The notes under the pieces were generated by a model that was given only the letters and a program-made list of their open reading frames with translations, searched no databases and was not told the origin of the DNA. Source: Camelus ferus (lineage: Eukaryota). Taken from it: a stretch of DNA of 64,000 bases. The stretch covers positions 3,536,001 to 3,600,000 of the forward strand of contig NC_045697.1 in the NCBI RefSeq assembly GCF_009834535.1, written 5' to 3'. Below, piece after piece: positions 60,481-64,000 of this stretch; positions within the stretch are counted from its first letter, which is position 1; each line of letters starts with the position of its first letter. Made by a program: the position numbers and the translations under genes.

Positions 60481-61229
60481 GCTGCTGTCACGTGTCTCAC
60501 GGGACCAGACTCCTTCCTGCCTGCATCCTTCACACCAAACCGCCTGGACGCCTTTCTGAACACGCATTCGTTGTTCCTGCCTCCAGGTCTGGGCTAGAAG
60601 TGTCTTCTATGCAGCACGTCATCCCACCAGCCTTCTCAACTTTCAGCTGCTGGCTTCAGGGCCAGCGCAAACAAAGCCTTCTCTCCCGGCTGGAGTTCAT
60701 CCCCACGAACAAGGCTGAGAGAGGGCGGAAGAGCTCTGTGCTGCCTTCAGGAGACTGCCAGGCTCCCGCACACACACTTAGACTCCCAGCGAACTCTTAA
60801 ACCCCAAGCAGACTACAGCATGAAACTCTCTCCCATCCTGGGTACCAGCCTTGGGAGGCAGGTCGAGGAGGGAGAATAAGCCAGTAAGACAAGATGCTTG
60901 TAGGAAACACCCCACCCCAATCCCCTGGTGTAAGAGAGGAAGGAGCTGGACTGGGTTCCAGCGATCTGGGTTTGAATCCTGCCTCTGCCACCGCTCAGCT
61001 GGCCTGCTGAGCCCTCTCTGGGATGTTTTTCCCTCACGTGCAAAGTGGTGCAGATGCTTCCAGAATTAAGATGTTCAGAAGGAAAAGGAACAGTTCACAA
61101 CACTACCTGACCTCTTTCCTGACCACCAGCCTGGCCCTCCACCTCCCACCTGACCTGTCCTCATGTCCTGCCCATTCCTGTCCACCCGACTCTTTCCAGA
61201 GTTCCCTTCCTAAGCCCCTGTCATGTAAC

Positions 61230-61390
61230 AAACTACTGTATTTATCATGCTTATCTGTTTACTGCCTGCCCCCCACCCCAGGGTACCAGCCCTGTGAGCG
61301 CAGGGCCTTTTCTGATCAATTCATTGCTATGTCCCCAGAGCCTAGCAGTGACTGGCACACAGTATGTGCTCTGTACCTACTTACTGAAGA
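61230..61390 (+). mobile_element. L2 3' terminus
   Basis: TTCATTGCTATGTCCCCAGAGCCTAGCAGTGACTGGCACACAGTA. Confidence 0.75.
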
Positions 61391-62339
61391 CACGGCTGGT
61401 CCTCCAACAGTTTGTTATTTGGATTCATTGGATGTTTATGCCAACCTAGCCTCCTGAGCTTTGTACAGACAAAAAATTCCAGAGCACTGAAACCCGAGAC
61501 CCTACAACACCAAAGACCCGGGCAGGGACAGAGGGGTTAATTTCCCATAAGGGCTGAAGCAGGAGAGAATCCACAGCGGACAGCCAGTCACACTAGGCGG
61601 CCCTGACCTTTCATCCTGAGCACCACCACCGCCTGCATCAATTACCCCAGACAGGCGAGCCGCGTGCAGCCTTGCGTGCTGGAAAACTCAGAAATAACAA
61701 CTTGGCCCCACTCCACACCCCGAGCCCAGAGGGCTGAGGCTCCCACAAGACGGCTCATGTAGGGCTGGTGGGCGGATGTGGGATCCTCACCAGGTGTGCC
61801 CGAGAACCCCTCCTCCACCAGGTACCTCCGCCCAGAGCTGGTCGGAACCAGCTGTGCAAATTCCACCCGTGCCATGAACAGGCCTCCAGAAGCCCACTCC
61901 TGAGGGCAAGAGGGCTCTTCTTCACTGGAGCAGCTCCACGGAGTGCCCACCTGTAGCACCCGAGCTGGGAGCCAGGTGCCAGGGGCCTTCTGCTGACCCA
62001 CATTCCCATCACGGAGCCCCAGCACAGGGGAGAGGCCCCAGGCCTCAAAGGAAGGTGCCGTCCATCCGGTGGGCCACCCCGAGGGCCAGGCCGTCTTGGA
62101 CTCAGGAATGTGGACAGGGTAGGGGGCTCCAATCCTAGGATCCCCTGTCCACTGGCTGGGTAGCCTGGGGCCAGTGGCTCAGCCTCTCTGTCTCTCCAGT
62201 GGAAGGTGGAGAGAATCGCAGCAAAGCTCTTAGAAGAGAGGCTGGTGTAGATTAGAAAGCATTAAATGTAGTGGCTCCAGCAGGGCCGCTTCCGGCCCAG
62301 CTGTCATCAGAGAACATGGCTTGGGGCCCTGGAGACCCA

Positions 62340-62658
62340 CTCTGCCCGGGGCGCCCACAGCAGGAAGTTACCCCTTCAATTCTGTAGTCTGAAAGCCCGA
62401 GATCAAAGTGTGGGCAGGCAAGGCCTCTCTTTCTGCTTGTAAATGACCCCCTCCCCCGTCCTCATGTGGTCCTCCCCCTGTGTGTGTCTGTGTCCTCACC
62501 TCCTCACCAGTCACCCTGGCTAGGGGCCCACCCTAGTGACTTCATTTTGCCTTAATGGCCCCTGTAAAGGCCCCACCTCCAAGTGCAGTCACATTCGGAG
62601 GGGCTGGGGGTTAGGGCCTCACCATATGGATTCGGGGGGACACACTTCAGTCCATACA
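62340..62658 (-). mobile_element. MLT1B-like MaLR solo LTR
   Basis: CCGAGATCAAAGTGT...GGGCCCACCCTAGTGAC...CAGTCACATTCGGAGG...GGGGGACACACTTCAGTCCATACA. Confidence 0.8.
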
Positions 62659-63774
62659 CCTGGGCACATGCTCAGCATTTAGTCAACTGGCCCCAGGCTC
62701 CCCACCCGGTTCTTAGGCCCTACATGAGCCCATCCTGCCGGGGTTCATGCTGGCCCGCCTCCAGCACCCCCAGGAGCCCTCTCCTGCTCCAGCCCACCCC
62801 CTGCCGACTCCTTATTCATCCATCAGATCTCGGTTTAGAAGCCTCTCCCTGGCCCTCAGGCTGGGTCCCTCCTCCGGGCTCCCACAGCCATCATGCATCC
62901 ACCGTTCCATGTGTTACCACTGCCACAAGCAGTTTTGACTCAGTCCTCAGCACTGGGCCAAGCACACAGTAGGTGTGCAAGTATCTGTGCAATGAGTAAG
63001 ATGTTTATCTGTAAATGCCATCTCCTCAGGGGACTGGGGACCCTTGAAGCTTTGCTCTGGTGCCCTTAGGGGTCTCTGACTCTGTGGCTGCTTGGGGAGA
63101 GTGACAAGGATCCTCTCTGAAAACTCCTGATCCCAGGGGCTCCTGTGAAGGGCTTGTGGAAGTCTGTCTACTTCAGGGGGAGCCAGCTTCCAGTGATGAA
63201 AATGGAAGCCAGAAGACACCCAAGTTCCCTCATTCAAAGGCTTACCAGCCCCAGCCCCAGCCCCTGCGGTCTCACCTCCCTCTTACCCAGCCATGCCTCC
63301 AGCATGGGGGGCCGGGGCTGGGACTTCGGTACCAGGCTCAGGATGGCTGGGAACTATTCAGGAACACTGTCCGTTGGTCCCCATCTGTCTCTTGTATGAA
63401 CAGAACATTTCGATACACTCTCATCATTCACCTTGTCATCCTTAATAGCTAATCACAAGAGTTAACATTTTCTAAGCTAAGCACTTGATTGTCATTATCT
63501 CATTTAATCCATGTAAAGGCTCAGGAAGGTCTGATAAGTTGTCCAGGGTCGTGATGCAAGTACTAATGAGACCGACTCTTCCAGACCAATTACCAGGTAC
63601 TGTCCTAAGCCTTTAGCTTATATTCACATGTTTATTCCGGACACTGTGCTTGGGGGCTGGGGCTACACTGGCATTATAGTAGGTGTTCAACAAAAGCTGA
63701 TTGAATGGTCTTTCTGTATCTTTTCCTGTATCCAAGACACTTAGCCCTGGAGATGCTCAATAAATCATTATTGC

Positions 63775-64000
63775 TTGGGTAGATGGAAGAAGGAAGGAAT
63801 GAAGGAAAGGAGGAAGAGAGGAAGAGTAGGAGGATGGGTGGGTGGATGGATGGATGGAAGTTAAAATGGGTGGATGGTGGAAAAGTGGATGGAAGGAAGG
63901 ATGGATGAGGTGACAGACAAATACGTGAGTGGAAGGATGGATGGTGGGATGAATGGACAATGGACAGATGGATGATGGATGGATGGATAGATGGGGGATG
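63775..64000. repeat. Degenerate (GGAA/GGAT)n repeat
   Basis: Read directly; follows an L2-type tail (GCTCAATAAAT) and runs to the window end. Confidence 0.9.

Noticed and set aside
1..64000. Naming a host gene or locus; any prokaryotic, CRISPR or viral coding system
   Set aside because: No exon or marker I recognise. The sequence is mammalian non-coding DNA with only solo LTRs and no repeat-spacer array.

Overview
GC-rich mammalian genomic DNA with no protein-coding exon, RNA gene or prokaryotic system that I can support. None of the supplied ORFs looks like a real gene, apart from decayed LINE-1 ORF2 endonuclease remnants. A tRNA-derived SINE resembling the camelid Vic-1 family (2667-2776), an artiodactyl-type L1 3' end (42842-42986), and the apparent absence of Alu, B1, Bov-tA/Bov-A2, PRE-1 and SINEC elements point to a camelid. 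The window reads as a large intron or gene desert. It is dense in ancient repeats (MIR, L2, MLT1 solo LTRs, hAT MITEs, old L1) and carries a series of repeat-free, AT-rich, homeodomain-motif-rich islands that resemble conserved developmental enhancers. The best-supported unusual structure is a young L1 insertion with a 14-bp target-site duplication that encloses about 100 bp of extra sequence and a second poly(A) signal, i.e. a probable 3' transduction. Other observations: a 3'-truncated L1 nested in an L2, an L1 whose 5' region is joined to its 3' end, strong AT-to-GC erosion of old repeats, a decayed telomere-like hexamer array, a promoter-like module built on a tandem CCAAT duplication, a near-palindromic CTCF site and overlapping inverted repeats. 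Repeat families were assigned by eye from remembered consensus sequences and boundaries are approximate. The host gene or locus cannot be identified from the sequence alone.
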